From NCBI GenBank assembly GCA_012295275.1, contig CM022669.1:3410001-3474000 (forward strand): a DNA stretch of 64,000 nt. Direction: 5' to 3'. The stretch comes from Chrysomallon squamiferum (Eukaryota > Animalia > Mollusca). The position numbers and the translations under genes were made by a program. The notes beneath the pieces were generated by a model, which was not told the origin of the DNA, made no database searches, and saw nothing but the letters and a program-made list of their open reading frames with translations. This document shows, piece by piece, positions 1 through 30,589 of the stretch (the first letter of the stretch is position 1; each line of letters opens with the position of its first letter).

Positions 1-141
1 GAGTGGTCGTTCTTTATGTGCATTGTCCTGCCAGGACGAGGTTTTGTTTGATTAAGAGTTGATTGTTTAACGCACTATAAATCAAAGATGTCGTCTTCCA
101 ACACTACAACAACTTTTAGAAGAAGAAGAAGAAATCTTTAC

Positions 142-165
142 CTACACAATGCCAGCTGTTTCATA
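142..165 (-). other. Possible 24-nt exon of a gene running off the left edge of the window
   Basis: The minus strand reads ttttgtattttcag|TATGAAACAGCTGGCATTGTGTAG|gtaaag, with a good acceptor and donor and an ATG (MKQLALC). A promoter-like CpG patch lies upstream at ~1620-1760. Confidence 0.3.
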
Positions 166-1203
166 CTGAAAATACAAAATATACAAAGCTCCTCTCTTTT
201 TTCTTTCATTCTTTTTTTTTTTTCTTCCTTTTTGTGTGTACTATACACAAACTAGATAGTATTGTTTTTTGCACTGAAGGCGCCGTTTTGCTGATGATTC
301 AATTAAAAAATGACAACCTTTATGTCTTAAAAGCGTAAACAATCTAGATTAATTAATATAATCCTGAAAATATAGAAGTATGTTAGCCATGAATGTTCAG
401 GCAAAATTCCGACTGTTTTTAGGCGAAACAACGTTTCTTTATAAATGTTTTGCATTATCACCAAATAAAAACAAGCGATAAAGTAAAAAAAGACTCATTA
501 AAATGTAACGCTACTGCAATTCAGGTGTTCAAAACGAGAACAGAATAAATGAAATAAATATAATATTTATCAGGATATTTCATTTACATTACGGTCCCAG
601 AACTGTTTACTGTCTATCCATCCATCCATCCATCCATCTATATTATTATTATTATTTGCAATCTGTCCCGTTTGTTAAATCGTTGAATAACAATACAACC
701 GCTACAAGAGACATGCACAGTTACCCTCTTCAGTGCTGTACAGATTCGATGAGACGGAAAATGTCTCTGTGCGTTTTATTCTTTCCCGGAAAAAAAGAGT
801 TCGTGTGCGATGAGGGTCAACATATGCTCTGTTATTTGTTCTCAGATCCATGTATTGCACGAGACAAATACATTTTGTTATCTAGAAAGAAATAAAAACA
901 ATAGACTAACAATCGATGCGTAATAAAAACACCTGATGTAGAATATTTAATAATTACAGTGAAGTCTCAATATAAGAATTTGCTTTATAGTAAAAGTACA
1001 GGCCACTTTAAATCTTTATGTAATAAAAGTGAACATAAATGAATAAATAAAGATGATGATGAAAATAATCATATATAAAAATAAATAAACAACAACAACA
1101 ACAACAACAAAAAGACACTGAGATGTTCCCTTCATGTCTTGCCATTAATATAAAAAATTTCCAAAAATAATAAAAATATATAAATAAATAAATACAAATT
1201 AAA

Positions 1204-1246
<43 letters not shown>

Positions 1247-1442
1247 TTAGAATTATCTTTGTTAATCATCATTATATACTTCAAATTCATGTTTCACGTT
1301 ACGTACTTTCATGTTGGTATAAATATTCAATGAAAAAGGAGGAACATTCGCATAGACATGATCACAGTCATTTGTGACGTTTCTAAAATAAATTCCTCGA
1401 CTTATATGTGTATATATATATACATATATATGTCTATGTATG

Positions 1443-1491
<49 letters not shown>

Positions 1492-1864
1492 CTCGCCATT
1501 ACTATTCAAACAAATAACAGAAATGTAATTAATTTAAATTTCACATTTAAAACCTAATATAATTATATTTATGAACTGAATATGCTGACGTTTATTCTAC
1601 CCGTATCCTCTATAGAACTAGTACGTAAAGCACAGACAACTCCTTACCACTAATATCCATTCCGTTTCGACTTTACAGAAGCCATCTTAGTTTTTGTTCT
1701 TAGTACGTACGTTACCTAAGGAAAAAATGCAACGTCACTCTATTGTTGACGTCACAAATATTAAAGAATAGCTCAGCCAATTTTCGATGAATAGGGAATA
1801 CTGAATCAGTTGAAGGTAAATGAATTTATGGTCATTTGTTTTTATCTTTTCTTTTCTGTTATTA

Positions 1865-1915
<51 letters not shown>

Positions 1916-3424
1916 GTACGTATAAACTATTTTACTTTATAAAAATAAATCTTAAAGATAATTATCATAAACGTTCACCAAAATCGAGTTTTAGTTTACA
2001 TCTAGCATCTGACATTAAGACGCCTGCTAACTAAAGGCACATAACTCTAACAACGGAAATTGTCTAAGATATATGAGTTAATCGCCCTTCATTTCATATA
2101 TTTATAAATAATTATTAGTGTTTCGTTCTTCATCATTAAAAAATAATAAAATGTTTACACACACACACACACACATATATATTACCACCATTTAAAATAG
2201 AGAACATTTGAATTATTATCAACACGCATGCACATACAATTTAATATAATGATAAGTCTGAATTTCTGCAAAAGATGCATAAATAATGTTTTTCTTTTCT
2301 TTATTTATGATACTGAACATTTTCAAATTATTCATGCCGTATTCAGAAAAAAGTATTAAATGAAATAAATTATTGCTGTGTGAAATGTTTTATCATATTT
2401 AGGGCAGTTCTTTGGAAATATTTTGTGCATTAAAACAAGACATTTGGCAAGTTTATAATTATGTTGGATTCAGTTTCAGTAATTTATTAGACAGTGGAAA
2501 ATTTATCATAGATGCAGAAATTAAAAAAGAAAAAAAAAAAAAAGAAACAAACCCAAAATACAAAGCTAAAGGAAGAAACAGTAAAAAAAAAAAAAAAAAA
2601 AAAAAATCCTCAAGAATTAAAAAAAAAACAAATGCCAACAAAAACCAACAAGAACCAACCAACAAAAAAACAAACCCCCACAAAAAACATACAAACATGT
2701 AAATAAACAAACAAAATAAATTAATTAATAAACAAACAAACAAATAGTTCAAAATTGCTTTTAATACAGAGACTGTTACCATTCCTGGAAACTGTGATAC
2801 TATACTACAGTATACAAAATTAAAACTATAAAAAACAAAAATTGTACATCTTTATTCCAAAGAAAGAGAAGATTTATTTCATATATAAAAAAATATGGTT
2901 AGCTGTATTTTAACAATGTTGTTTTTCGTTGAAATAAATTGTTGAAAATAAGATATATATTTTAACATATCAAATAGTTTTTATGTTAATTTTAATATTT
3001 TCAGTTTGTAGATACCTGTATTAACAACAAACTGAATGCTGAAAATATCAGGTTAATAAAGTCCTGATCTTATCAGTAAAGATACAACAATATAATATTT
3101 GTTACATGATTAACTTTGGTTGTAGCCTGCAAAGCTGTTCACTTGAAAAAGCACACTTGAGCCCTCAAAATAGGAAAATCATTAAAAAATAAACAAATAA
3201 ATAAAAAATAACAAATATGTTTAAAGAAAGAAATTTCCCCCAAAACAATGAAAAAATTGGTAACATAATTTATATCTTCATAAACATTTGTTAAAACTTT
3301 GTAAACACCATTCATGAATTCAGTATTTTAAACTTCAAATTAAGAGTTTTGATTTGACAACAAGCAATCCAATGATAATTCTTGTTACATCACTGATTAA
3401 CATGTGTGAAGTCTTTTCATTGGT

Positions 3425-22077
<18,653 letters not shown>

Positions 22078-22692
22078 CGCTGCGTCCTTTCTCTAACAGC
22101 AAACATTTAAATCTCTACCGCGCTCCCTTTTCTGATAGCCAAATGGCAACAAAGACACTTCATTAAAATCCCTTGTCAAAATAACGCGCAATTAAAGTCC
22201 GAGGAGAGAAACTAGGTGTGCAATGTGATACGACGTGCAGCGTCGCGTTCTTTACCGCTAAACACCTGATAACAATTGCCACGTCTTTTGGTCACTGTGT
22301 CCGGATTGCGGAGAATTTCTTTTGCAATTGTTTCCAGACCACATTAATTCTTGCTGGTGACAGGGCGTGTACAGTTTCTGTGAGACTTGGTAGCTGGCGG
22401 GACTGGCATTGTTGTAGAGAAATAAATGTATTTGTTGCATTTCATAACAACGTTACATATATGCTGACTGCATTAAAATATCAAGTGAAAAAAACCCAAC
22501 ACTTTAGGAATTGTTGTTAAATTTGAGAACTGTTGTTGTCAGGAGAAATGATGTTTTAAATTTTTGTTGCATAACAATATTAATTGTTTTTAATCCCATA
22601 AAAAATATCACTGAGTGCATATATGTCAGTTGGCGAATTTGCGCCCGTGCATGTGTATGCCTGTATGTGAGAGAAAGCGAAAGAGAGTAAAA

Positions 22693-22792
<100 letters not shown>

Positions 22793-22868
22793 AGAGGAAT
22801 ACAAAATGTACTTAGTAGATATGGTGATATCAACAACAAAAAAAAAATAAATAAAAAAAAACAATAAA

Positions 22869-22899
<31 letters not shown>

Positions 22900-23204
22900 A
22901 AAAAAATAAAAATAAATAAAAGAATTGAAAATAAACGATACAATATTTTGTGAACAGTTTAATCTGTAATGATAGATTATAAAAAGGTATCGAAAAGAAA
23001 CACTGAAGTTTGAACCCTCATATAAATAATGTTTATATGTAATCTTTTCTACATATTGCACACTGGTTCTCAATATACAACTTAAAGTAAACCAATGAAA
23101 CGATACAAAATACACATATATACGAACTGAACCTAGTCTGTACATTTATTGTCAAACTAAGTCATTTTCGTTACTATTAAAACAGAAGCGAAATTTATTT
23201 CAGT

Positions 23205-23405
23205 GGTAGAATCAGCTATTTCTCGTTCAAGCCAGTTCACACTACAGTTGATCATGTGTCTGGGATGTGCATATATAAGATGCTTTCTACTAATCAGAAA
23301 GTGTAACCCACTAAATGACAGCAAAAGTTCCCTCTTGTCTGATTAGTCCTTAACGCCATGTCCAACGCCATATAATAAGTTAAAAAAAAAAAAAAAAAAA
23401 AAAAA
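23205..23405 (+). mobile_element. Degenerate SINE-like interspersed repeat remnant with A-rich tail
   Basis: Contains GCTATTTCTCGTTCAAGCCAG...GTCTGGGATGTGCATATATAAGATGCTTTCTACTAATC...CCTTAACGCCATGTCCAACGCCATATAA followed by poly(A). The central part matches in reverse complement the motifs at ~4729-4770 and ~12950-12992, and the 5' part resembles ~20145-20170. From memory it resembles the conserved Nin/Deu-type central domain of molluscan SINEs; this was not verified by search. Confidence 0.55.
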
Positions 23406-23458
23406 GAAACACAACATTTTTTGGTTTTATTATTATTTTACAAGGTTAAAATATTGTT

Positions 23459-26089
23459 TTATACAGCATTTTCTTCGATGTCAATTTTCACTGCCCCGGC
23501 TGGAACGACATAATTCAGCTTGGCCCAGAACCATTTGTCACGAACGTCCAAATAAGTGTGCGTTCTTAAATAAGCTTTAAGGTCGTCGTCCATTTTATTT
23601 CTTTCTACGTCTCCTTTCAATAAGATGATGAGTTTATTGCTGCGAGCATGAAGCAGGGTTCTATGGGCTTCTTGAAATTCAAGCATGCACCACTCACTCT
23701 GCAGAAAATCGTTCGTCAGCAGTAGCAGGGTACAGCGACTGCTTGAGATCGCCCATAAGATATTTTCCACCACAGAAGAACCTACGGGAAAGTCTCTGTA
23801 GTGAACACAGAGTTTTCGTTCGTACTGCGGCCCTTCCAAAGTCTTCACAAGATTATTTACGATCCACATATGATCTTTGTCACTGTACGAAACAAAAGCA
23901 TCAAATTCTTTTTCGTCATTGTCAAATCTAAAATTGTCAAAAGGGCGCCACCTGAATCGTGTATAAAGCACGACTCGAATTTCTAGACGATATTTATACA
24001 CAAGTGCAACTGCAAGAGCCGCCAAAACTATAAGACACGAAAATATGATTACCAAGTAAAGAAAGCTGATGACACTACATCTGAAGTCTGACGAAGAAAT
24101 GTCATAGATGGGTTTTGATTCACCTCTGTATGTTTGACACGTAATGTTGATATAAAACTCTGTTGCATTCTTATGTTCCTTCAGCCATTTTGGAAACCAT
24201 GTAGTGTTACAATGACACTGCCACGGATTTCCGTGAAGAGTCAGAGACTTTAGATTATCAAATGAAATGGTTGCTATTTCCTTTGGTAATTGTGACAACG
24301 AATTGTCGTGTAGATGAAGTACATGTATGTTCCGCATCGCTGAAATCGCAGATGCAGTTATTGTACGAACAGACGCATTCGATGCGTGCAACTCACTTAG
24401 AGATGAAAGGTAATTCCTGTATTCAAACGTCTCTAAACCATAACTATTATCGAGTATAAAAACAACAGGGAGAGTTACTGCCCTTGTGGGAAACCGCAAT
24501 GGCAGACGCTGTGTTATGGTACGACTGCAGTTTATCACAAGCTGAAGGTTATTGTTGTCTTCAAAGCATACACAGCTCTGAGGACAGTCTTCGACTACTG
24601 GACACTGCGTTGTCATGTCAACGTTTAATATTGGCATGGATCGTTTTCTTAGTGGCTGGAAACACTTTGCGCTGTTTACATCGATATAAGGCTGAACTAA
24701 ACTATTATCCGTCTCAAAATATTTCTGTACGTTCTTCAGAGCCACGAAATTGAGATACGCCGTTCTGTTTAATTCTTCCATGAACTGATGAAATGATTTC
24801 ATTTTACAATCACACACAAATGGATTATTTGCAATGCTGATCTTCGTAAGTCGAGGACTGATATAGTTTGTGTCGTGAAAAGGAGGATATCGAAGATGGT
24901 TGTGAGTTAGATCCATGTTAACGATGTTCGTACTGACGGGTCCTTGGTCAAACGTAACTTCAGTCAGTTTATTATTACTTAAATTTGCGTATTTTAAAAT
25001 GAACTGCTTTTTAAAAGTTCCTCGGCCCAAATCAGCTATCCGATTGTAAGTAAGGTCTAACCATTTTAGTAGTTGTAGATTATCGAACACACCATTTGGT
25101 AGGGTTGTGATTCTGTTGTGACTTAGATCCAAAGCCATAACATTTGATTCATAAAACTTACCAAGACTGGTAATGCTGTTATTTTTTAAATTTAAAAACT
25201 GGATACTGGAATGTGAATTATTAGAACTTTCTTCAAATAACTCGGACATTTCTTCAATATTATTGTTAGCCAGACAGAGATGAGAAAGATTTAAATGTTT
25301 TGAAGAAAGAATGCACGACGGAATACGCTTTAAAGCGTTGTTGGCTAAGTATATAGTTTCCATCACTGTGCCACCGATTTTAATAGAGCAATCGTAATCA
25401 GTTAAGAAATTGCCCTCGAGATTTAAGAACGTTAATCTTGGAAGATTATGTACAGTCCATCTCCATGGTATACTATCAAGTGAACTATTTGTTACTGACA
25501 GTGCTACCAACATCCATGGAGTACTGAACTCTATTTCTTCGGTGGCAGAAGGGTTAACTCTATCTAAATGAACAATCCACGTAAAAGCTGATAACGTTAT
25601 ACGAGTTACAGTGTGTATGGTGCAGTTGACAATTCGAATGTTGTAGATTGGTCTCAGTCTGTCTGTGAGATCCCAGACAAGAGTCGCGTTGTCTGTACAG
25701 GTCAGATCCAAAGAAATTTGTCGAGTTAGACTCTTCTCTACAATTTTCTTTAAAGAAAATGTTTCCTTTCTGATACACATAATTTCCGTCAAGAACGTGT
25801 AGTTTAAAAAAATGGCCCCAAGAAAGTTCCCCGACAACAGCTCTTTGCTTTGAGCAGCTATACTGGGTCTCATGTGGCTGCCAAGCTGTGGGGCAATGGA
25901 GTCAACGTAGTTGTTGAGCAGAGTTGCGAGGTTGATGCGGGTACAACTGCAGTCGTGAGGACAAAACGATTCATTTGTGGCGGTTGTTTTCTTCCATATG
26001 TTTAGCCAGTCGTTAAATGAGGTCATCTGACAGAACTGAGCGTTAAATAGTAGCATTGTTATACCAATGTGTCTGAACAGAACGTGCAT
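23459..26089 (-). CDS. Toll-like receptor, multiple-cysteine-cluster (protostome/Toll-type), 876 aa, single coding exon
   Basis: Intact ORF with an N-cap (CPHDCSC), LRRs (LDLSHNRITTLPNGVFDNL), an internal LRRCT (NPFVCDC) plus a second LRRNT (CPQSCVC), further LRRs, an LRRCT (NPWQCHC), a TM helix (FLYLVIIFSCLIVLAALAVALVY) and a TIR domain (FDAFVSYS, LCVHYRDF, SEWCMLEF, FWAKL). A splice acceptor (tttcag) lies 3 nt before the ATG, which suggests a 5'UTR intron. Confidence 0.95.
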   Translation of the reverse strand: MHVLFRHIGITMLLFNAQFCQMTSFNDWLNIWKKTTATNESFCPHDCSCTRINLATLLNNYVDSIAPQLGSHMRPSIAAQSKELLSGNFLGAIFLNYTFLTEIMCIRKETFSLKKIVEKSLTRQISLDLTCTDNATLVWDLTDRLRPIYNIRIVNCTIHTVTRITLSAFTWIVHLDRVNPSATEEIEFSTPWMLVALSVTNSSLDSIPWRWTVHNLPRLTFLNLEGNFLTDYDCSIKIGGTVMETIYLANNALKRIPSCILSSKHLNLSHLCLANNNIEEMSELFEESSNNSHSSIQFLNLKNNSITSLGKFYESNVMALDLSHNRITTLPNGVFDNLQLLKWLDLTYNRIADLGRGTFKKQFILKYANLSNNKLTEVTFDQGPVSTNIVNMDLTHNHLRYPPFHDTNYISPRLTKISIANNPFVCDCKMKSFHQFMEELNRTAYLNFVALKNVQKYFETDNSLVQPYIDVNSAKCFQPLRKRSMPILNVDMTTQCPVVEDCPQSCVCFEDNNNLQLVINCSRTITQRLPLRFPTRAVTLPVVFILDNSYGLETFEYRNYLSSLSELHASNASVRTITASAISAMRNIHVLHLHDNSLSQLPKEIATISFDNLKSLTLHGNPWQCHCNTTWFPKWLKEHKNATEFYINITCQTYRGESKPIYDISSSDFRCSVISFLYLVIIFSCLIVLAALAVALVYKYRLEIRVVLYTRFRWRPFDNFRFDNDEKEFDAFVSYSDKDHMWIVNNLVKTLEGPQYERKLCVHYRDFPVGSSVVENILWAISSSRCTLLLLTNDFLQSEWCMLEFQEAHRTLLHARSNKLIILLKGDVERNKMDDDLKAYLRTHTYLDVRDKWFWAKLNYVVPAGAVKIDIEENAV

Positions 26090-26096
26090 TTTCTGA

Positions 26097-26153
<57 letters not shown>

Positions 26154-26877
26154 TTAATGGAGCAGTAGTAGTAGAGTTATTACTGTATAGTAAAATAACT
26201 TTAACAGAAACTACAGTGGTAGGAATAGTAAAATAACATTGTATAGTAGTAGTAATAATGCATAGTAATAACATAGTGAATCAGTATCAAAAGTAAACTA
26301 TAGTAGTAGTTCTAGTACTATTTACAGTATAATATAGTAGAGTGTAGTATTATAAGTAGCAATAGTTGCAGTAGTAATAGTAGCACAAGTAGTAATAACA
26401 GTCGTTGTAAAAGTAGTAGTATTTCAAAATTAGTATTAATAATTTAAATAAATCAAGAACAAGTAAATACATATTTGAAAATTACGTATATATATTATCG
26501 ATTATTTTGTATTAACAAGGCTATATAATTATAATATTTAAATTAACATTAATACAGTTTTTGTTTTGACTGACAGATCGCATTTGTATACACATGCTTA
26601 GAAATAATATTTAACTAATTTGCATTTACACCTAGTTCGACAACTCGTAATTTGTATTTTATGTTTATACATCCATGAACGCTGCTCCGTTCTCATAGTC
26701 CAGCATGTAGTGCATGAAATTGTTTGTTAAATATGACAGTATTGTGACATTAACCAAATATAACTGTGGAAAATGGTATTACTATGGCATCTCTATGTTG
26801 CTGAATCGATAGCTAGATGTATAAATACCGACACAGAAATGTAGATAGAGAGATAGATGGATATACATGTAGATAGA

Positions 26878-26915
<38 letters not shown>

Positions 26916-27275
26916 AACAGGTAGATAGACATACAGATAGATGGATAGATAGACACAGGCAGACAAATGAAGATAACAACTTACTTATAACGTGTGTGTA
27001 TGTAATTAAAAAAAAAAAAAAACAAATAATGTTTTTCTTCATTCAGTTAAATAATAGTTAGATAGACAGAAACACAGGCAGACAGATGAAGATAACATGC
27101 AAAGAACTTACTTATAACGTGTGCGAGTGTATGTGTGTATTTAATATAAGCATGAAAATAAATTATGTTTTCTTTAAACAGTTATTTCAGAATTAAAACC
27201 GTTCATATGGTAACACATTTAAGTAGCGTTAAAGAGTTCTTCAGTCAGTCAGTGACATACAACAACTTATTTCAG

Positions 27276-30200
27276 TCAGTTACAGTGATTTACAATCATT
27301 TCGTGGAGTTCTTCGTTATTGTCTTCGTGATCTTTCTGATCAGGTACATTTAACGGGTCTGGGAGACAGAAGAAAAGTTTCTGCCAAAACCATCTGTCAT
27401 CCCGAAACAGATAAGTGTTTCCTTTCAGGTACACGCTCAGTTCAGGAAACTGGTCAGCCTTAGGCACGTCTTCCATGAGGATTACGACAAGTTTACGTGA
27501 CTCCTCTTTAATCAACTCGTGATAGGCTTTTGAAACTCAAACACGCACCACTCACTGGCAACGTATTCCTTCGAGAGGATAACTACACAACAACGACTTT
27601 CGTCTACAGCGTTCTGGATATTATCCACAACTGCAGATCCAACTTGGAAGTCTCGGTAATGAACGCAAACCCGGTATTTCCGATCGTTGGTTTCCAGTCT
27701 GGGCATTAATGTGTGAACCACCCAGCCTTCGTCTTGGTGTGAGTAAGACACAAAAACATCGTACTTGTATTCGATGTTACCTTGTTGTTTTCTGTCGAAC
27801 GGTCGTGCGTGAAACCTAGCATGAATAAACACTTGTGTTTCGAATCTAAATTTATAAGCTACCGGAATTAAAATTACGGCTAACAAGGCCAGAATTCCAA
27901 GAGGTATAACTATTTCTAGGTAAGATTTAGGCTTACAGTCTAGATCAGATATATCAATGTTGATCAGTGGTACTCCTTTATATGCATCGTTAAAACATGT
28001 AATTTTATTATAGTCTGGTAAATTTTGTTTATTTTCTTTCAACCAGTTAATCATCCATACAGAATTACAGTCGCAAACCCAAGGATTTCCTTTCAGATAT
28101 ATTGCCATTGTGGACAAGTTGAAATGCTTAAAACATTTCGGGAGATATTTTATCTTATTGTATGAAATGTCCAACATATTTAAATGGTTCCACAGCTCGC
28201 ATACCGATGAATCGATATATTCCAAGGCATTTCTGGATATGTTTAATTTCTCAGCTCGAGTGAAGTATTCTCGTGTAGAAATATCACGAATTTCATTTCC
28301 ATCATAGAACAGCAGCAGACGACCAACGGGCATGGCAACCGGAAATGACGTCATCTTTAGGCAGCGTACTTCCGTCATATTGTTTGTTACGTTTAACCAG
28401 CAATCACAATGCTTGGGGCAGTCCTTCACAACAGGACAAGAATTTGAAAATTTAAGACTTAATAACGTATGGTTGTATAAAGACTTTGGTCTGTAACATC
28501 TATAGTTCTCGAGATGACTAAACTGTATTTTATATTTTTTGTTCAGTGCATTATTTTGAATATGATGCTTGAATTTCCCCGCATTACAGTCACAGTAATA
28601 TGGATTATTTCCAGCGTTAACGACGTGCGCGACGACAATGTCATAATCATCGCGGTAAAATGGGGGATAAACAAGCCTGTTGTCCTGAAGGTTTATATCA
28701 GCGTGAGAAATCGGACTTTGCAACTCAGAGAACTCTTCTATCATGTTGTGACTTAAGTTGAGAAAGTGTAAATAAAAGAACGCTTTGAATATGCCAACAG
28801 GCGTTTTCACAATTAGGTTCCAGCTTAGATCCAAATAGACTAACTGAGATAGACGATTAAAGGCTAACTTACTGAGGTATTCTATTTTATTATGTGACAA
28901 ATCTAAAAGTTCCAATTTCATGTAAGAAAACATTCTAATATAGTTAATCATGTTATGGTCCAAACTGAGATATGTTAGGTTTGTGGCGGGTACAATTCGC
29001 GGATAAAACAACACTGAAATATTACTAATTCTGTTTCTTGACAGTAACAAATTGCTCACATTTGGCGTGAGAAGACATGAAGATATTTCTCTCAAATGAT
29101 TATCTGTGATCGATATCAATGTTAAATTCGTTGAGCCCATCATGAAAGAACAATCTGTTTCTTTTATCTCATTGTTCTCAAAGTAAATGGTCGCTAACCT
29201 TGCTTTAGTATGATTCGTAATTTCGGGATGTCCATTCAAAGGTGTGTTATAGACGTACAACGTATGAAGCTTGTTTAAGTTGGAAATAGAAATGTTACTG
29301 AGCCATGCAAGAGTTGAGTTATCGATAGTGACACCAACAATTCCCACCTTGTCAAATGTACTTTTTATGTATTCAGGGGTTCGTATCGTACAGTTGACAA
29401 ATGATATAAAACTGGTTTCCAAAAGCATGTTAACACTAGTTATCATTATTTCACCACCGTCTGAACAAACAAAACTAACATTAGATGAGGAAATCCCTTT
29501 ACTTAAGGCTAGATGTTTAAAGTTACCGTCGATAATCAGTTGTCTGTTGCTGTTTATTCGGCACAAAACTTCTTTGAAAAATTGACTCTTCGATCTACTG
29601 ATAACTTTCTCTAGAGACGGCTTTGCTTTGATTTTCTGTTTTGCTATTGCCTCTCCTAATTCGTACCAGTTGTATTTCTTGCTAATTTCTGGATTTAAAA
29701 GCAGCATTACTTGTCTAATAGCTTTCTCCCAGAAAGACATCTGTTTGCAAATACAAATCTGAGGGCAAGGTATACTTTCGTTAAAAACTGTTTCCGTTGT
29801 TGTAAGAACTGCTGGCAAGTGTGTAAGTGAAGATACTGTAGTAGTGTTATTTTCAATATTGCTTTTAAAAATAATATCTGACGAATATGAAGTTCCAACT
29901 GTTGTTAATTCAGAAACACTGCTAGAGTCATTTGCTGCTCCGTTTGGTGTATGCGACTGGGTTGTGCCTTCGTCAGTTTGTGGTTGGTGTGTTCTTTCTT
30001 CAGAAGTGAACATCTCCTTTTCCTTCTTACCACTCAGTTCATATCTGTACCTCAACGTGTGTTCATTTGAAAACCCAGAAGTTTTCTTCGTTTCAGTTAC
30101 AGAATCAGTCATTGTGAAAGGATCAGAAGTTATCCTCGGTTCACCGAAATCACTGTCTTCTTTAGGTTTATCACTTCGCTCTGTAGATGAATCAAACTGG

Positions 30201-30340
30201 GCATCAGGTGGCTCATTTGTGACTGAAATAAAGTATCTACGTGTCGTTCCTCTGTTTGATAATGGTTTGTGTGATCCCAGTAATGAAAACTTAAAGGTGG
30301 AAATTAAAATTAAAATAGCCATGTTTCTATCAACGATCAT
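27276..30340 (-). CDS. Toll-like receptor, multiple-cysteine-cluster type, ~1021 aa if a 1-nt frameshift in the TIR domain is corrected
   Basis: ORF 27512-30340 has the same LRR/cysteine-cluster/TM/TIR layout as its neighbour (NPYYCDC, CPKHCDC, NPWVCDC, YDVFVSYS, VCVHYRDF, SEWCVFEFQ). The rest of the TIR (AYHELIKEESRKLVVILMEDV...YLKGNTYL...WFWQKL) continues in another frame to 27276. Adding one A to the A-run at 27528-27531 joins the two frames. It may be an assembly error or a pseudogene. Confidence 0.9.
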
Positions 30341-30528
30341 GATTTTTTTAATTTTTTTTTTAATTAAAACCAGGCTATTTTACTTTTATTGCAGTTCAGA
30401 CCGATGTACCTATTTTTGTTCTTCTCACCACTTTTAATCGCTGAAAACAAAAGTTGTCCATTTTAATAAAGTTGGATTGGAATTTCTTACTGGAAAGATT
30501 ATTATTAATTTTACATACTGTTCAATAC

Positions 30529-30529
<1 letters not shown>

Positions 30530-30587
<58 letters not shown>
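30530..30587. repeat. (GT)n microsatellite in a putative 5'UTR intron of the second TLR
   Basis: Perfect run lying between a candidate minus-strand donor (~30613) and acceptor (30441-30442). Confidence 0.9.

Positions 30588-30589
<2 letters not shown>

Noticed and set aside
23381-23405. Poly(A) just past the first TLR stop, suggesting a retrocopy tail
   Set aside because: It is on the wrong strand for the minus-strand TLR and fits the tail of the plus-strand SINE-like remnant. Intronless TLR coding regions are common anyway.
23770-27660. BB-loop Pro replaced by Val in both TIR domains (RDFPVG, RDFQVG)
   Set aside because: Val at this position is usual in protostome Toll-type receptors (Drosophila Toll has RDWLVG), so it is not evidence of inactivity.
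29844-30437. 197-aa plus-strand ORF antisense to the TLR N-terminus
   Set aside because: It is a shadow of the low-complexity sense ORF, with a non-ATG start and no recognisable domain.
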